The notes beneath the pieces are model-generated. The model had not been told where the DNA came from, made no database searches, and saw only the letters and a program-made list of their open reading frames with translations. DNA of 64,000 bases from Leptonemataceae bacterium (lineage in GTDB: Bacteria; Spirochaetota; Leptospiria; Leptospirales; Leptonemataceae), in the NCBI GenBank assembly GCA_965227295.1, contig OZ245742.1:2688001-2752000 (forward strand), written 5' to 3'. The translations under genes were made by a program, and so were the position numbers. This document shows, in pieces, positions 19,980 through 29,827 of this stretch (positions are counted from its first letter, which is position 1; each line of letters opens with the position of its first letter).

Positions 19980-20852
19980 ATGGCTGACGTAGTTCTGAAA
20001 TCCCGCATCATCGCGCCGGACGGAACGATCTTCGTTTACGGCATGCGCCTGGATATGTCCCGCCGCTCGGCGAAGGAGACCCATGCCATCGCCGGAGATC
20101 ATCATGAGCTGGAATCCCATCCGCTGAACGCGGAGTACCGGGAATTCGTCGGCTGGCTCAAGGACATGGAGTTCCACGGCAAGCGCAACGAGTCCTGCAC
20201 GTACGACATCCAGCGCTATCTCGAAAAGAATACGAAGAACGTGGAGTGGATGGATCGTTTCGTTGCCGCGGTGGAGTCCGGCAACTTAGATGCGCTTCAG
20301 TTTGACTTAGGCCTGGAGCTGGAAATCGCTCTGGGACGAAAGGACCTGATCTTCAGCTACGATGTCGCCGAGTATGTCGAGCCGCCGGCGCCGGAGTTGC
20401 CCGGCCTGGAGGAAGATCTCTCCGGCCTGTTGCCCATGGCCTTCGCCGTGGCTCCGTTCTCCGGTGTGGCCATTACCCGGCTGAACATCGGCGACCGGGT
20501 GCGGGTGCGTTTCGCAGATCCCAAAGACAGCCGCTCGGCGACATACATTCGTCGCCTGGGTGTGAAAGAGGATCGCGGTCGTTTCGAAATCAATGCGAAG
20601 CTGAAGTCGCTCTCCACGGTTCCGAAGACGAAGGAGATCCTGGCAAAGCTGCGATTAGAAGGCGGCGCCGAGGCCTACGTCCTGGAAGACAACCACGATC
20701 TGCGCGTGCGTTTACCGGATGCGAATAAAGGCAATTCGACGTATGATCGTGCCCGGCGGGACTCGGCTGCCGTCGGCGGTCAGCTCGCGGCGATTCTGCT
20801 GGTCGCGGCGTTTCTTTCGATCGCGGGGTTGTTGTACTTCTTGATGTCCTGA
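19980..20852 (+). CDS. Hypothetical protein with C-terminal TM anchor
   Basis: 290-aa ORF with host codon usage; hydrophobic C-terminus. Confidence 0.75.
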   Translation: MADVVLKSRIIAPDGTIFVYGMRLDMSRRSAKETHAIAGDHHELESHPLNAEYREFVGWLKDMEFHGKRNESCTYDIQRYLEKNTKNVEWMDRFVAAVESGNLDALQFDLGLELEIALGRKDLIFSYDVAEYVEPPAPELPGLEEDLSGLLPMAFAVAPFSGVAITRLNIGDRVRVRFADPKDSRSATYIRRLGVKEDRGRFEINAKLKSLSTVPKTKEILAKLRLEGGAEAYVLEDNHDLRVRLPDANKGNSTYDRARRDSAAVGGQLAAILLVAAFLSIAGLLYFLMS

Positions 20853-20865
20853 ACAGAAAAGCCTT

Positions 20866-20954
20866 ACTCCGAGGACCGAGGGATCGAGGTTTGCGGAGGA
20901 CGGGCATATACGACAACTCTCCCGGCTTCCCCTCGGTATCTCGGTCTTCGGAGT
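20866..20954. repeat. REP/MITE-like element: 24-bp imperfect inverted arms, 41-bp spacer (family copy 1)
   Basis: ACTCCGAGGACCGAGGGATCGAGG ... CCTCGGTATCTCGGTCTTCGGAGT between convergent genes. Confidence 0.85.
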
Positions 20955-20982
20955 CAATCTTTCCAAAAGGGCGTTTGCGATC

Positions 20983-21822
20983 TCACTTCAAGGCCACGGC
21001 GTACGCGATCCAGGTTTCCGCGGCCTCGCCTTTTTTGCTGCGCGTGTAGACGCCGTTGCCCTCGCCGGTCTTGTGCTCCGTGCCCTCGAAGAACCACTGC
21101 ACGTCCGCGAAGCCGGCTTCCAGTAACAGCTCCGTAATTTCCGGAGGATTCCACAGTCGCCATTCGTACACGAAGGCGTTCTTCATGCGGGTGCCGTCGT
21201 CGAACTCGAAGTGGATCTTGCACTTCATGTAATGTGTAACGGGATGAAACTTAGAGTGTTCCCAGACGTAGGTGAATCCCTCGCACTCGCGTTCTTCGGG
21301 TTCGTCGTCGTTTTCGAGCATGGCCGCCGAGCCGCCGAAGGCGTCCATGAACAACAGGCCGTCCGGTCCCAGGGACTCGTAGCAGTTCTTGAAGTATGTG
21401 CGGAGCTCCTCGCGGGTGCGGAAGATCCAGTAGCTGAAGTTAAAGGCCGCGACGATGTCGACTTTGGGCTCGCGCACGTTCAACACGTTATCCTTAAGAA
21501 GCTTGATGCGTTTCTGCTGCGGCTCTTTGAGTTTCGAAAGATTGTGATTGCGCCCCCATTCCAGGACGCTTTCTTCCAGGTCCACGCCGACGGCTTCGCG
21601 ATCTTTGCCCCGGCGCACCCATTCGCAGCAGAGCGCGAAACTTCCGCAGAAGTCTTCTTTCAATGTGCGCGGTTCGCGCTCGCGGATTTTCTTGAACAGC
21701 CGGCGCAGGATGCCCGCCTCGAACTCGACGTTCTGGACGGCTTCTTCGTAGAGCTTGAACTTATCCGCGGTTTTTGCGGTGAGGCCTTTCTTCTTCTTTT
21801 TTTTCTTTTCGTCTTTGCCCAT
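20983..21822 (-). CDS. Class I SAM-dependent methyltransferase
   Basis: LYEEAVQ, EDFCGS, GVDL, AFNFSY and YEWRLW; Lys-rich N-terminus. Confidence 0.85.
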   Translation of the reverse strand: MGKDEKKKKKKKGLTAKTADKFKLYEEAVQNVEFEAGILRRLFKKIREREPRTLKEDFCGSFALCCEWVRRGKDREAVGVDLEESVLEWGRNHNLSKLKEPQQKRIKLLKDNVLNVREPKVDIVAAFNFSYWIFRTREELRTYFKNCYESLGPDGLLFMDAFGGSAAMLENDDEPEERECEGFTYVWEHSKFHPVTHYMKCKIHFEFDDGTRMKNAFVYEWRLWNPPEITELLLEAGFADVQWFFEGTEHKTGEGNGVYTRSKKGEAAETWIAYAVALK

Positions 21823-21899
21823 GTTCTGCTCGATTTGATCCGGTGATTTGATTCGACGATCTGCGCGTCTTACATGACGGTGACATAAGTACGTTTCGC

Positions 21900-22760
21900 A
21901 TGGCAATTCCTATTTTCTCGAAACGCGAGCGTGGATTCGCTCTCTGCATGAACTCGTCCTTCTTCGGCTTCTTTGCGCACGCCGGTTTCATGGACGGCCT
22001 GGCGGAGCTGGGAATGATACCGCGGCGCGTGGCGGGGGCCTCGGCCGGGGCACTCGCCGGAGCCTTTCTCGCCACCGGCTATTCGCCGGCGGAGATCCTT
22101 GAAATCGTACGGCGGCCGCAGTTGGCCGCGGTCTTTCGGGAATGGCGCGGCCCGGCGCGTTTCTTCGGTGCGTTGTTGAATCGACGCGGTTTTACCGGCG
22201 CGCTCTCCGGGCGGCGGGCGCTGGCCATGTTAGGCGAGTACTTCGGCGATCGGCGCATTGAAGACTGCGAGATTCCGTTTGCCTGTTCCGTGGCCAACGT
22301 GAGTCGCGCGACCTCGGAAATCGCGGAGCGCGGACCGCTTGCGAACTTCGTACTCGCCAGTTGCGCGGTGCCCGGCATGTTCGCGGCGCAACAGATCGAC
22401 GGTCATTCCTACTGGGACGGCGGCGTGGCGGATCCGATTCCCTTCGAACACTGGCTGAACGACGATCGTTCCCCGCGGCGGATCCTGATTCACCTGGTGA
22501 TCAATCCCGAGGAAGTGGCGGCGCGCAACAATCCCGACGTATCGTTTTACGGCGGGCTGAGCCGTTGCCATCAGATCATCAGTGACGAGGTCTTTCGATT
22601 GAAGATGGACCTGGCGCGCCGGGCGAAGCGCGACGTGCTCGTGTTGCGCACCCTGGCACCGCGGCCGGGGCCGACTAAGTTACACCAGGGGGAAGTTTGC
22701 ATCGAACTGGGGCGGCGGACCGCCCTGGAAAACGCGGAGACGCTGCAGAAGCTTCGCTGA
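21900..22760 (+). CDS. Patatin-like phospholipase
   Basis: SSFFGFFAHAG, GASAG nucleophile, ASCAVPG and DGG. Confidence 0.9.
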   Translation: MAIPIFSKRERGFALCMNSSFFGFFAHAGFMDGLAELGMIPRRVAGASAGALAGAFLATGYSPAEILEIVRRPQLAAVFREWRGPARFFGALLNRRGFTGALSGRRALAMLGEYFGDRRIEDCEIPFACSVANVSRATSEIAERGPLANFVLASCAVPGMFAAQQIDGHSYWDGGVADPIPFEHWLNDDRSPRRILIHLVINPEEVAARNNPDVSFYGGLSRCHQIISDEVFRLKMDLARRAKRDVLVLRTLAPRPGPTKLHQGEVCIELGRRTALENAETLQKLR

Positions 22761-22786
22761 GATTCAGGCGGGAATCGACAAGATGA

Positions 22787-24070
22787 TTATTCCGTCACGA
22801 TGAGAACTTCGACGCGCCGGTTTTTCTGCCGCCCTTCTTCCGTCGCGTTGTCCGCCACGGGTTTCGTTTCGCCGTAGCCGCGGTAAGAGAGGCGCCGCCC
22901 GTCTACGCCGTGTTCGTTCTGGAGCGAACGCACCACGGAGCGAGCCCGGTTTTCGGATAGCTTCGTGTTGTACTCCGGGGAACCGGTGGAGTCGGTATGG
23001 CCGGAGATGCGGACCTCGCGGTTCGCGTGTTTCTTCAAGATGCCGGCAATCACGGCCAGGCGGCTTTGCGCCTCTGCCGTAAGTTCCGCGGAGTTATGGT
23101 CGAACAGGATGGAGTCGAGAGACAGGATTACGCCCTCATCGCTCTCACGCACGCTGATGTCCTGATTGCGATCGGTGTAGGCGGCCGTGTTCTCGGCCTC
23201 GCGTTCCGGGAGACCGGCCTGGAGATCGTTGCGGATGTCCGCGGCCAGACGCTTGCGATCTGCGCCGTTGGTGATGCGATCTTTGCGATACCAGGAATCG
23301 ATACGATATAACATTTCCTGGGTGCGGCCGTTTTTCAGGGTGAAGGCGTAGATGATGCGATTGGAATCGAAAACGGGGATGCCGGCCTCGCGGTCGAACC
23401 AGAGTTCGCAGGCGGACGTGCCCGTCACTCTTGCAATACCCGCGGGGGGAGCGCCCGGATGCTGGAACGAGTAAGTGTACTCGATGCGATCAAAGACGGC
23501 CTCGCTGCCGCCGGGGAGCGTGAGTTTCGCCGGGCCGGTGTAGCGGTAGCGTACCTTCAGGGGTATCTTGATCTTGGTCGAACCAAAGTCCATGGTCTCC
23601 ATGGCCTCCGAGGACCACTCATCGCCCGGTCGCAGAGCGCGCTCAGGGAACGTGGGCAGGCCGCGCAGGTTCGGCATGATGTAACGTTCCGGAACCTCGT
23701 AGCTTCCGTTCACCGCAATCTTGAAGATGGATGCGAAGTCCTGGTCGCGCCGGTACTCGCCCACTTCGCGGGGGGAGCGTGAGTAGGTATGGAACGAGCC
23801 TTCCAGGACGGCCGCATCATCCAGGCGCTCGCGCACTTTCAATACAATGCGGTTTTTTTCTTCGCGGGAAGTCCAGGTGCGTCCGTCGTGCACCCGGATG
23901 TCCTGGTACTTGTCGACGATGAGCACCTCGTCGGAATCGAGTTTGAACTCGAAGTGCCGTGCTTCGTCCGGCGCCGGCTGCAGTGACAGCATCGGGACGA
24001 AGAGGCCCAGGATGATCCAGATGATGGGGGTGCGCCCGGTCCGGCACCGAAGCGAAGATGAGAACTGCAT
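22787..24070 (-). CDS. OmpA-family peptidoglycan-binding protein
   Basis: C-terminal ILFD...GHTDSTG...LSENRA...NRRVE; N-terminal signal. Start uncertain. Confidence 0.9.
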   Translation of the reverse strand: MQFSSSLRCRTGRTPIIWIILGLFVPMLSLQPAPDEARHFEFKLDSDEVLIVDKYQDIRVHDGRTWTSREEKNRIVLKVRERLDDAAVLEGSFHTYSRSPREVGEYRRDQDFASIFKIAVNGSYEVPERYIMPNLRGLPTFPERALRPGDEWSSEAMETMDFGSTKIKIPLKVRYRYTGPAKLTLPGGSEAVFDRIEYTYSFQHPGAPPAGIARVTGTSACELWFDREAGIPVFDSNRIIYAFTLKNGRTQEMLYRIDSWYRKDRITNGADRKRLAADIRNDLQAGLPEREAENTAAYTDRNQDISVRESDEGVILSLDSILFDHNSAELTAEAQSRLAVIAGILKKHANREVRISGHTDSTGSPEYNTKLSENRARSVVRSLQNEHGVDGRRLSYRGYGETKPVADNATEEGRQKNRRVEVLIVTE

Positions 24071-24256
24071 ACTACAGTTTCGTCGCAACCGGAGAAAGCT
24101 TGACGGCCGGAAGTCGGATTTTTGGGCATCCGGGGCGGGGCCGGACCGTTATTTCGTTGATGGAGGCGGTGCGCTCCGGAAAGCTGGCCACTTGATTGTG
24201 CGGCGCCCTGGGGCCGGCCGCACCGGCGTTATACATAATAAAAGGCTGATCACACT

Positions 24257-24625
24257 ATGGCGATTTTACTCGAAGGACTGCATCACATTTCACTCGGAAG
24301 TTCTGATCTGAAGCGGTCCGCGGAATTCTACCAGAACATCCTGGACTTCGAGCTGGTCGAGGAAGAGGAAAGCCACGTGGTCCTGAGCCTCGATCCGGTC
24401 AGCATTCGGCTGAACCTGGTCAGCAGCTATACGTCACCGATCCAGAACCCGGGCATCTTCAGCCTGTCGTTCAGCCTGGACGTGGACGACTTCACCAACG
24501 CCATCGCCGAACTCGAAGAACACGAGATCGAAATCAAGACCGGTCCCGTCGCCATCGAAGGCGGCGAGTCTCTCCTCATCGCCGATCCGGACGGCAATCT
24601 TCTCGAACTCTTCTATCGCGAGTAA
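24257..24625 (+). CDS. VOC/glyoxalase family protein
   Basis: LHHISL..SDL..S..FY..ILDF and DPDGNLLEL. Confidence 0.9.
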   Translation: MAILLEGLHHISLGSSDLKRSAEFYQNILDFELVEEEESHVVLSLDPVSIRLNLVSSYTSPIQNPGIFSLSFSLDVDDFTNAIAELEEHEIEIKTGPVAIEGGESLLIADPDGNLLELFYRE

Positions 24626-24628
24626 GCC

Positions 24629-25012
24629 GTGGGCCTGTTCTCGGAGGATCCGAAGCGGACGGGCTTATTCTACCTGCTCTGGCTCCGGTTTCACGACTGG
24701 CAGCAAAGACAGCAGGACGAGGACGACTATGAAGACTTCGGTCCGGCCCTCGGCGGCGAGGTCTACGGCGTGCTCTCGGTCCTGGCCCCGTTTCTGATCG
24801 CCTTCGCCGTCTGGTCACCCATCTTTGCCGCCGCACTTTCGTGTTTGGTTGCCGCCGGCGGCCCGTTGACGTTCCTGAATGCGATCTTTCGCGCGCGTTA
24901 TGAACAGCGCGCCGTGTCTCGTAGCGAAATCCGTACGGTCTTACATCGTGTGGTTCTGTTCCTGGTTCTGGGACAGGCCCTGTTCGCCGGTGTAATGATG
25001 TTCCGGAGTTAA
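24629..25012 (+). CDS. Hypothetical membrane protein
   Basis: GTG start 3 nt after the VOC stop; about 3 TM segments. Confidence 0.65.
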   Translation: MGLFSEDPKRTGLFYLLWLRFHDWQQRQQDEDDYEDFGPALGGEVYGVLSVLAPFLIAFAVWSPIFAAALSCLVAAGGPLTFLNAIFRARYEQRAVSRSEIRTVLHRVVLFLVLGQALFAGVMMFRS

Positions 25013-25015
25013 GCG

Positions 25016-25372
25016 ATGCCCACGCAAGAATCCACGCTGCGGAGATTTCAGCGAGAAGTGCACGCTCATCATGAACGCCGACAGGCCCGCGAGGCGCCGA
25101 CGGCAGGCTTCGAGTTGTTCCTGCTCGTTGTGATTACGCTTGTGCTCTTTGTTTCGTTTGCGGCGTTCTGGATTGATATCGAGCGCGCCGTCCTGTATTG
25201 CCGGATCTATCTCGGCGCGTGCTTGTGTTACGCGCTGTTGACGATTATAGCCGTGGCGCGGGACGCGGAGATGACGGCGCCCGCGCGGGTCGGATTTGCG
25301 GCGTTTCTGTTCGCGTTCTGGGGGCTGATCGGTTCGGTGCCCTGGCTCGCGTTGTATGTTCTGGCGAGTTAA
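25016..25372 (+). CDS. Hypothetical membrane protein
   Basis: Operon spacing; 3 TM segments. Confidence 0.65.
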   Translation: MPTQESTLRRFQREVHAHHERRQAREAPTAGFELFLLVVITLVLFVSFAAFWIDIERAVLYCRIYLGACLCYALLTIIAVARDAEMTAPARVGFAAFLFAFWGLIGSVPWLALYVLAS

Positions 25373-25435
25373 GCTGACGCGCGATGCGGAAGCTTCGATT
25401 GGGACGAAACTCTTCCGCACCGCCGCCTTTCGATT

Positions 25436-25639
25436 TTACGCCAGCACGTTGATCGTGGGGCCGTTTTGTTCGAAGCGATCCGGAACCTGGGAGGCGCGCG
25501 TCGCGTTCGAAGCGCGGCTTTCCTGTTCGGCCATGCGATTGTTCACGTCGGTGCCGGGAATGTTCGCGAAGTTTTCGGTGCGCACGTTGTTCTGCATGCG
25601 ATACATGCCCACTTCGGGGCCAAGCTTTACGTCTGCCAT
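25436..25639 (-). CDS. Small hypothetical protein (67 aa)
   Basis: RBS CAGGAG and host-like codons; ends GPTINVLA. Confidence 0.65.
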   Translation of the reverse strand: MADVKLGPEVGMYRMQNNVRTENFANIPGTDVNNRMAEQESRASNATRASQVPDRFEQNGPTINVLA

Positions 25640-25664
25640 GGGGAAACTCCTGATAAAAATTTTA

Positions 25665-25779
25665 ACTCCGAGGACCGAGGGGCCGAGGGAAGATTTGGGA
25701 GAGTTAGCTCAGCCTGCACGCCGGCGGCCTACGAAAGCTCTCATTTATCTTTTTTACTCGGTACCTCGGTCCTCGGAGT
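25665..25779. repeat. REP/MITE-like element, 67-bp spacer (family copy 2)
   Basis: ACTCCGAGGACCGAGGGGCCGAGG ... ACTCGGTACCTCGGTCCTCGGAGT. Confidence 0.87.
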
Positions 25780-25800
25780 TGTACTTCTTTATGTATAACG

Positions 25801-27441
25801 TCACTTGCTGACCGGAATTACCTGATTCAGCAAATCTCTCGCGCAGACTCGCAGCGCCATGACTTCCTCGGCGCCCTCGAAGATCGAGAAGACCCGGGCG
25901 TCCACGAAGTAGCGGGATACCGGATACTCCTCGGCGTAGCCCATGCCGCCGTGAATCTGCATGGCCTCGCGTGTGACCCATTCGCTAATGCGCGATCCGT
26001 AGAACTTAACGAGCGTGGCTTCCATGTTGCCCTTGCCCTCGTCCATGAGGCGCGCCACGTGCAGACCGTACTGGCGCGTGGCCTGGGTGATCATGGCCAT
26101 GCGGGCGAGCTTCCACTTCGTTAACTGGTACCGACCGATCTCTTTGCCGAAGACCTTGCGTTCGTTCGCGTAGCGCGCGCCGGCCTCCATGGCCGCCTGC
26201 ATGACTCCGCAGGCCCGGGCCGCCGTCTGCACGCGACCGCCGGCGAAACCGGCCATCTGCATGTAGAAACCTTTGCCGCGACCCTCTTCGCCGCCGATGA
26301 GGTTTTCGTCCGGCACGAAATAGTTGTCGAAGTTGACTTCGAAAGAGTGCATGCCGCGGTAACCGATCGTGGCGATGGCCCCGCCCTCGATGCTGCCGCC
26401 GCCGTCCTGTTTGTGCGAGAACTTGTGTCCGTTGAAGCGCGGCTTCTCGGCCATGAGGATGGACATGCCGCGGTGGGTGGGATCGTCTTCCGTGCGCGCG
26501 AGGACCATGATGATGTCCGCGTAACCGGCGAACGTGCACCAGGTCTTCACGCCGTTGATGAGCCAGCCGCCGTCGGTTTTTTTGGCGCCGACCTTCATGC
26601 CGGCGACGTCGGAGCCGTAGTTCGGCTCGGTGACCGCGACGCAGTTCATGCGTTCGCCGGCGGCGAGCATGGGCAGCCACTTCTCTTTCTGCGCGTCGGT
26701 GCCGCCCTTGAGCAGGGCCTTGCTTAAGATTTCGGGGCGGGTGATGAGCGAGCCGGCGATGGCCAGGCCGCCGCGGGACAGCTCCTCGGTCACGACCATC
26801 ATGCCCTGGTTGCCGTAATCGTCCAGGTAGCCGCCGTACTGGCCGGGAATGGTGATGCCGAAGGCGCCGAGTTCCACCAGGCCGTCGATGATTTCTTGCG
26901 GCAGGTCCTCGTCGTTGCGATGGATATGCTCCGCGTGGGGCATGACCTTCTCTTCCGCGAACTGGCGGAAGGTGTCGCGCATCATGAGGTGGTCTTCGGT
27001 GAGGCCGTGGGCGCCGTAGTTGCCGTCCAGGACCTGGTCGGCGATTTGATTGTAGCGGTTGTGTGCGCAGGCATCCTGCACGAGCTTGTTGTTGTCGGCG
27101 GAGAAAAGATCGCTCAGGGCCTGGTCCGAGATGCCGTACTCGGCCTGGCGGCCGGCCAGCTCGCCGCGGAGTTTGTTGAACGCCTCGCCGGCGAACATGT
27201 ATGCCAGGTGTTGTTCGAATTCTCCGGAGCCGGTGCTGGCTTCGAAGGCGTGCTGCTCGAAGTAGTTCGAGATGTATGATTCAGCGGTGTGCCACGCGAG
27301 GTTGTAGTGGACGTACTGGTTCTCGTCCATTTTCTCGACGGAGATTTTTCCGCCGTCCTCGGCCTGATCTGCAAGATGACGGGTTACGTCTTTCAACGTG
27401 TTTTCGAGTTGTTCGTTGAGTTTGCGGATATTTTCCTTCAT
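25801..27441 (-). CDS. Acyl-CoA dehydrogenase, (2S)-methylsuccinyl-CoA dehydrogenase (Mcd)-like
   Basis: ACAD motifs (TEPNYGSD, QIHGGMGY, IFEGAEE) with a ~140-aa N-terminal extension. EELSRG..GSLITR, IGYRGM and RVQTAARA resemble Mcd. Confidence 0.85.
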   Translation of the reverse strand: MKENIRKLNEQLENTLKDVTRHLADQAEDGGKISVEKMDENQYVHYNLAWHTAESYISNYFEQHAFEASTGSGEFEQHLAYMFAGEAFNKLRGELAGRQAEYGISDQALSDLFSADNNKLVQDACAHNRYNQIADQVLDGNYGAHGLTEDHLMMRDTFRQFAEEKVMPHAEHIHRNDEDLPQEIIDGLVELGAFGITIPGQYGGYLDDYGNQGMMVVTEELSRGGLAIAGSLITRPEILSKALLKGGTDAQKEKWLPMLAAGERMNCVAVTEPNYGSDVAGMKVGAKKTDGGWLINGVKTWCTFAGYADIIMVLARTEDDPTHRGMSILMAEKPRFNGHKFSHKQDGGGSIEGGAIATIGYRGMHSFEVNFDNYFVPDENLIGGEEGRGKGFYMQMAGFAGGRVQTAARACGVMQAAMEAGARYANERKVFGKEIGRYQLTKWKLARMAMITQATRQYGLHVARLMDEGKGNMEATLVKFYGSRISEWVTREAMQIHGGMGYAEEYPVSRYFVDARVFSIFEGAEEVMALRVCARDLLNQVIPVSK

Positions 27442-27563
27442 AGTACGAGCATTTTATGCAAGGCGGCTCTCCTGACCACCCAAAATCGTCCATAGAGGGC
27501 CGTTTTATGTCTTAAGACGATCGCGGCGTGCACGGCTGACGCCCGAGTATAAATGAAATGATT

Positions 27564-28622
27564 ATGTCGAAAAAAACAACCACGCATGCCGGCGTGCTAT
27601 TGATCAACCTGGGCTCTCCGGACGCCCCGCGACCGCGGGAAGTCCGCCGATACCTCCGGGAATTTCTCTCGGACCCGCGCGTTATCGACATCCCGGCGGT
27701 GGCGCGCTGGCTGTTGCTGAATCTGATTATCCTGCCGTTCCGCCCGCGGGAGTCCGCGGCGGCGTATCGCAGCATCTGGACCGATCGCGGCAGTCCGCTG
27801 ATCTATCATACGGAAGATCTTACGGCAAAAGTCGCCGCGCGCCTGGCAAAGCAGCACGGTGACGGCGTTGTCGTGAAGTTCGCCATGCGCTACGGCAATC
27901 CGTCGATCGCGTCGGCCCTGGCGGAGTTCCGGGACGCGGGTGTGCGGGACATTCACGTGCTGCCGCTGTATCCGCAGTACTCCACGGCGGCGACGGCCTC
28001 TTCGATTGCGAAGGTGTTCGCAGAGGCCGGCGAGCACTGGAACCCGGCGGCGATTCGCATTCTGCCGCCGTTCTTCGATGCGCCGGAGTGGTTGGATCCG
28101 TATGCCGCCGTGGCCGCGGCGAGTTTGAAAGATGCGGCGGCGCGTTCGAAAATTGATCGTTTTGATCATATTTTGTTTTCGTTCCACGGCATCCCGGAGC
28201 GGCACATTCTCAAGGGCAATGTCGATCAGCACTGCGAGTTCGGGAAGTGTTGCGATGTGATCGGGCCGAAGAATTTGTTTTGTTATCGCGCGCATTGTTT
28301 TGCGACGGCGCGGGAACTCGCGGCGCGGCTCAAGTTGAAGGACGGTGAGTGGGGCGTGTCGTTCCAGTCGCGGTTGGGGCGCACGCCCTGGTTGCGTCCG
28401 TATACGGACTTCGAGTTTGCGGAGTTGCCGGGGCGGGGTGTGAAGCATCTGGCGGTGCTGAGTCCGGCGTTCGTTGCCGATTGTCTCGAAACGCTCGAGG
28501 AGCTCGATATGCGCGGGCGTGAGTCGTTTCGTGAAGCGGGGGGCGAGTCGTTTCATTATGTGCCATGCGTGAACAGTGACGATGCGTGGGCTGATGGCGT
28601 GGTGAAGCTCCTGGGGTTGTGA
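27564..28622 (+). CDS. hemH: Ferrochelatase
   Basis: LLINLGSP, AMRYGNP, PLYPQYS, FSFHGIP, FQSRLG and DCLETLEE. Confidence 0.96.
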   Translation: MSKKTTTHAGVLLINLGSPDAPRPREVRRYLREFLSDPRVIDIPAVARWLLLNLIILPFRPRESAAAYRSIWTDRGSPLIYHTEDLTAKVAARLAKQHGDGVVVKFAMRYGNPSIASALAEFRDAGVRDIHVLPLYPQYSTAATASSIAKVFAEAGEHWNPAAIRILPPFFDAPEWLDPYAAVAAASLKDAAARSKIDRFDHILFSFHGIPERHILKGNVDQHCEFGKCCDVIGPKNLFCYRAHCFATARELAARLKLKDGEWGVSFQSRLGRTPWLRPYTDFEFAELPGRGVKHLAVLSPAFVADCLETLEELDMRGRESFREAGGESFHYVPCVNSDDAWADGVVKLLGL

Positions 28623-28646
28623 ACTCCGAGGACCGAGGGGCCGAGG
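28623..28646. repeat. Single left arm of the REP/MITE-like family (copy 3)
   Basis: ACTCCGAGGACCGAGGGGCCGAGG directly after the hemH stop, followed by TTTTTTGCGGAGG as in copy 1. No right arm found nearby. Confidence 0.8.
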
Positions 28647-28690
28647 TTTTTTGCGGAGGGTCGCGTCTGGTGATTGGTCGTTTGCAATGA

Positions 28691-29822
28691 ATGGTGGTCT
28701 GCATGCGGGGACAACACGGGCGCAAAGCCGTGCCGGTTTACGCTGAGAGTCGCGGACACCCTCGACAGACGATCCCACTGATTGGTGCGATTTTAAGTTT
28801 GCCTGCTGCGTTCATCGGCTTCTTCCGTTTTACGCGCGGCGATCCACCGAAGCCCGTCGAAGCAGAGGCGCCGCCAACTTCGACGTCCCCGATTCTTACG
28901 CGCGGTTCTTCGTGGGCCGCGATTGTCTCGCGGGCGATCGGCGCGGGAGTGAAGATTCCGAGGGACTGTCGCAGGGAGATATCATCCGCTACTGCTATCA
29001 GAACTGGCCGGGCTCGGAGCGCGTGCTGCTCGTCTTCGAAAACGCGGAGAGCGCGGGCGTAGGTCTCAGTGATATTAAGTTACCGCCGGAGAGTCTTAGT
29101 CGGTTTCGGGTGTTGATCCTGTCGCAGCGCCACTACGGCGAGGCCGGGTGGCTGGAGACGATCGTGCTGGATGTGCTGGAGCCGGACGATGCGGCGAAGT
29201 TGCTGCTGCACCTGGTCGGCCGCGGTACGCACGACGCGGCGCGGGAGTTGTGCGCGGAGCTGGGCTATCTGCCGCTGGCGGTGGAGCTTACGGGGCGTTA
29301 CATTCGCGATAGCGAGCGCGATCTTGCGGCCGTGCGTCGACAGCTTCATCTGGATGCGGCGGCGTTGCAGAAGCGTTCGGACATGACGGCCACGCACGCG
29401 AGTCTGCGCGCGGCGGTCGGGTGTTGACGGCGGAGGCGCGTGAGGTTCCGCAGGCGATGACGCTGGTGATTGCGGATCGGGTGGCGCCGGTGTTGCCGCA
29501 TATTGAGATGTTGCAGGGTCGTCAGGACGAAGCGGAGCCGCTGTTTACTGAGTCGCTGTCGTTGCGCCGCCGTGTGCTGGGCGATGATCATCCGGCTGTG
29601 GCGCAGAGCCTGAATAATCTGGCGGCATTGTATGATGATCAGGATCGTTACGCCGAAGCGGAGCCGCTCTACGTACAGGCTGTGTCTATCGCCGAAAAGG
29701 CCCTCGGTCCCGACCATCCCGACACGCAACTATTCGCAACAACCTCGCGATCTTCCGCGCGAAGGAGCAGCAACGTTCCGGCGATACCTGAATTGCCTGC
29801 GAACCACAACTCTTCGCGTTAG
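28691..29822 (+). pseudogene. Decayed NB-ARC (STAND) NTPase + TPR gene
   Basis: Fragments in shifting frames: FFVGRD, RYCYQNW..RVLLVFENA, LGYLPLAVEL (GxP motif) and kinesin-light-chain-type TPRs (LGDDHPAVAQSLNNLAALY). Walker A is missing. Confidence 0.8.
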
Positions 29823-29827
29823 CGATT

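Noticed and set aside
21787..21812. T-rich run as a phase-variation tract
   Set aside because: It encodes a Lys-rich N-terminus with mixed AAA/AAG codons; the longest homopolymer is short.
27597..28778. Long antisense ORFs (also 5211-6191, 12963-13838, 57888-59045)
   Set aside because: Shadow frames of well-supported genes in high-GC DNA.
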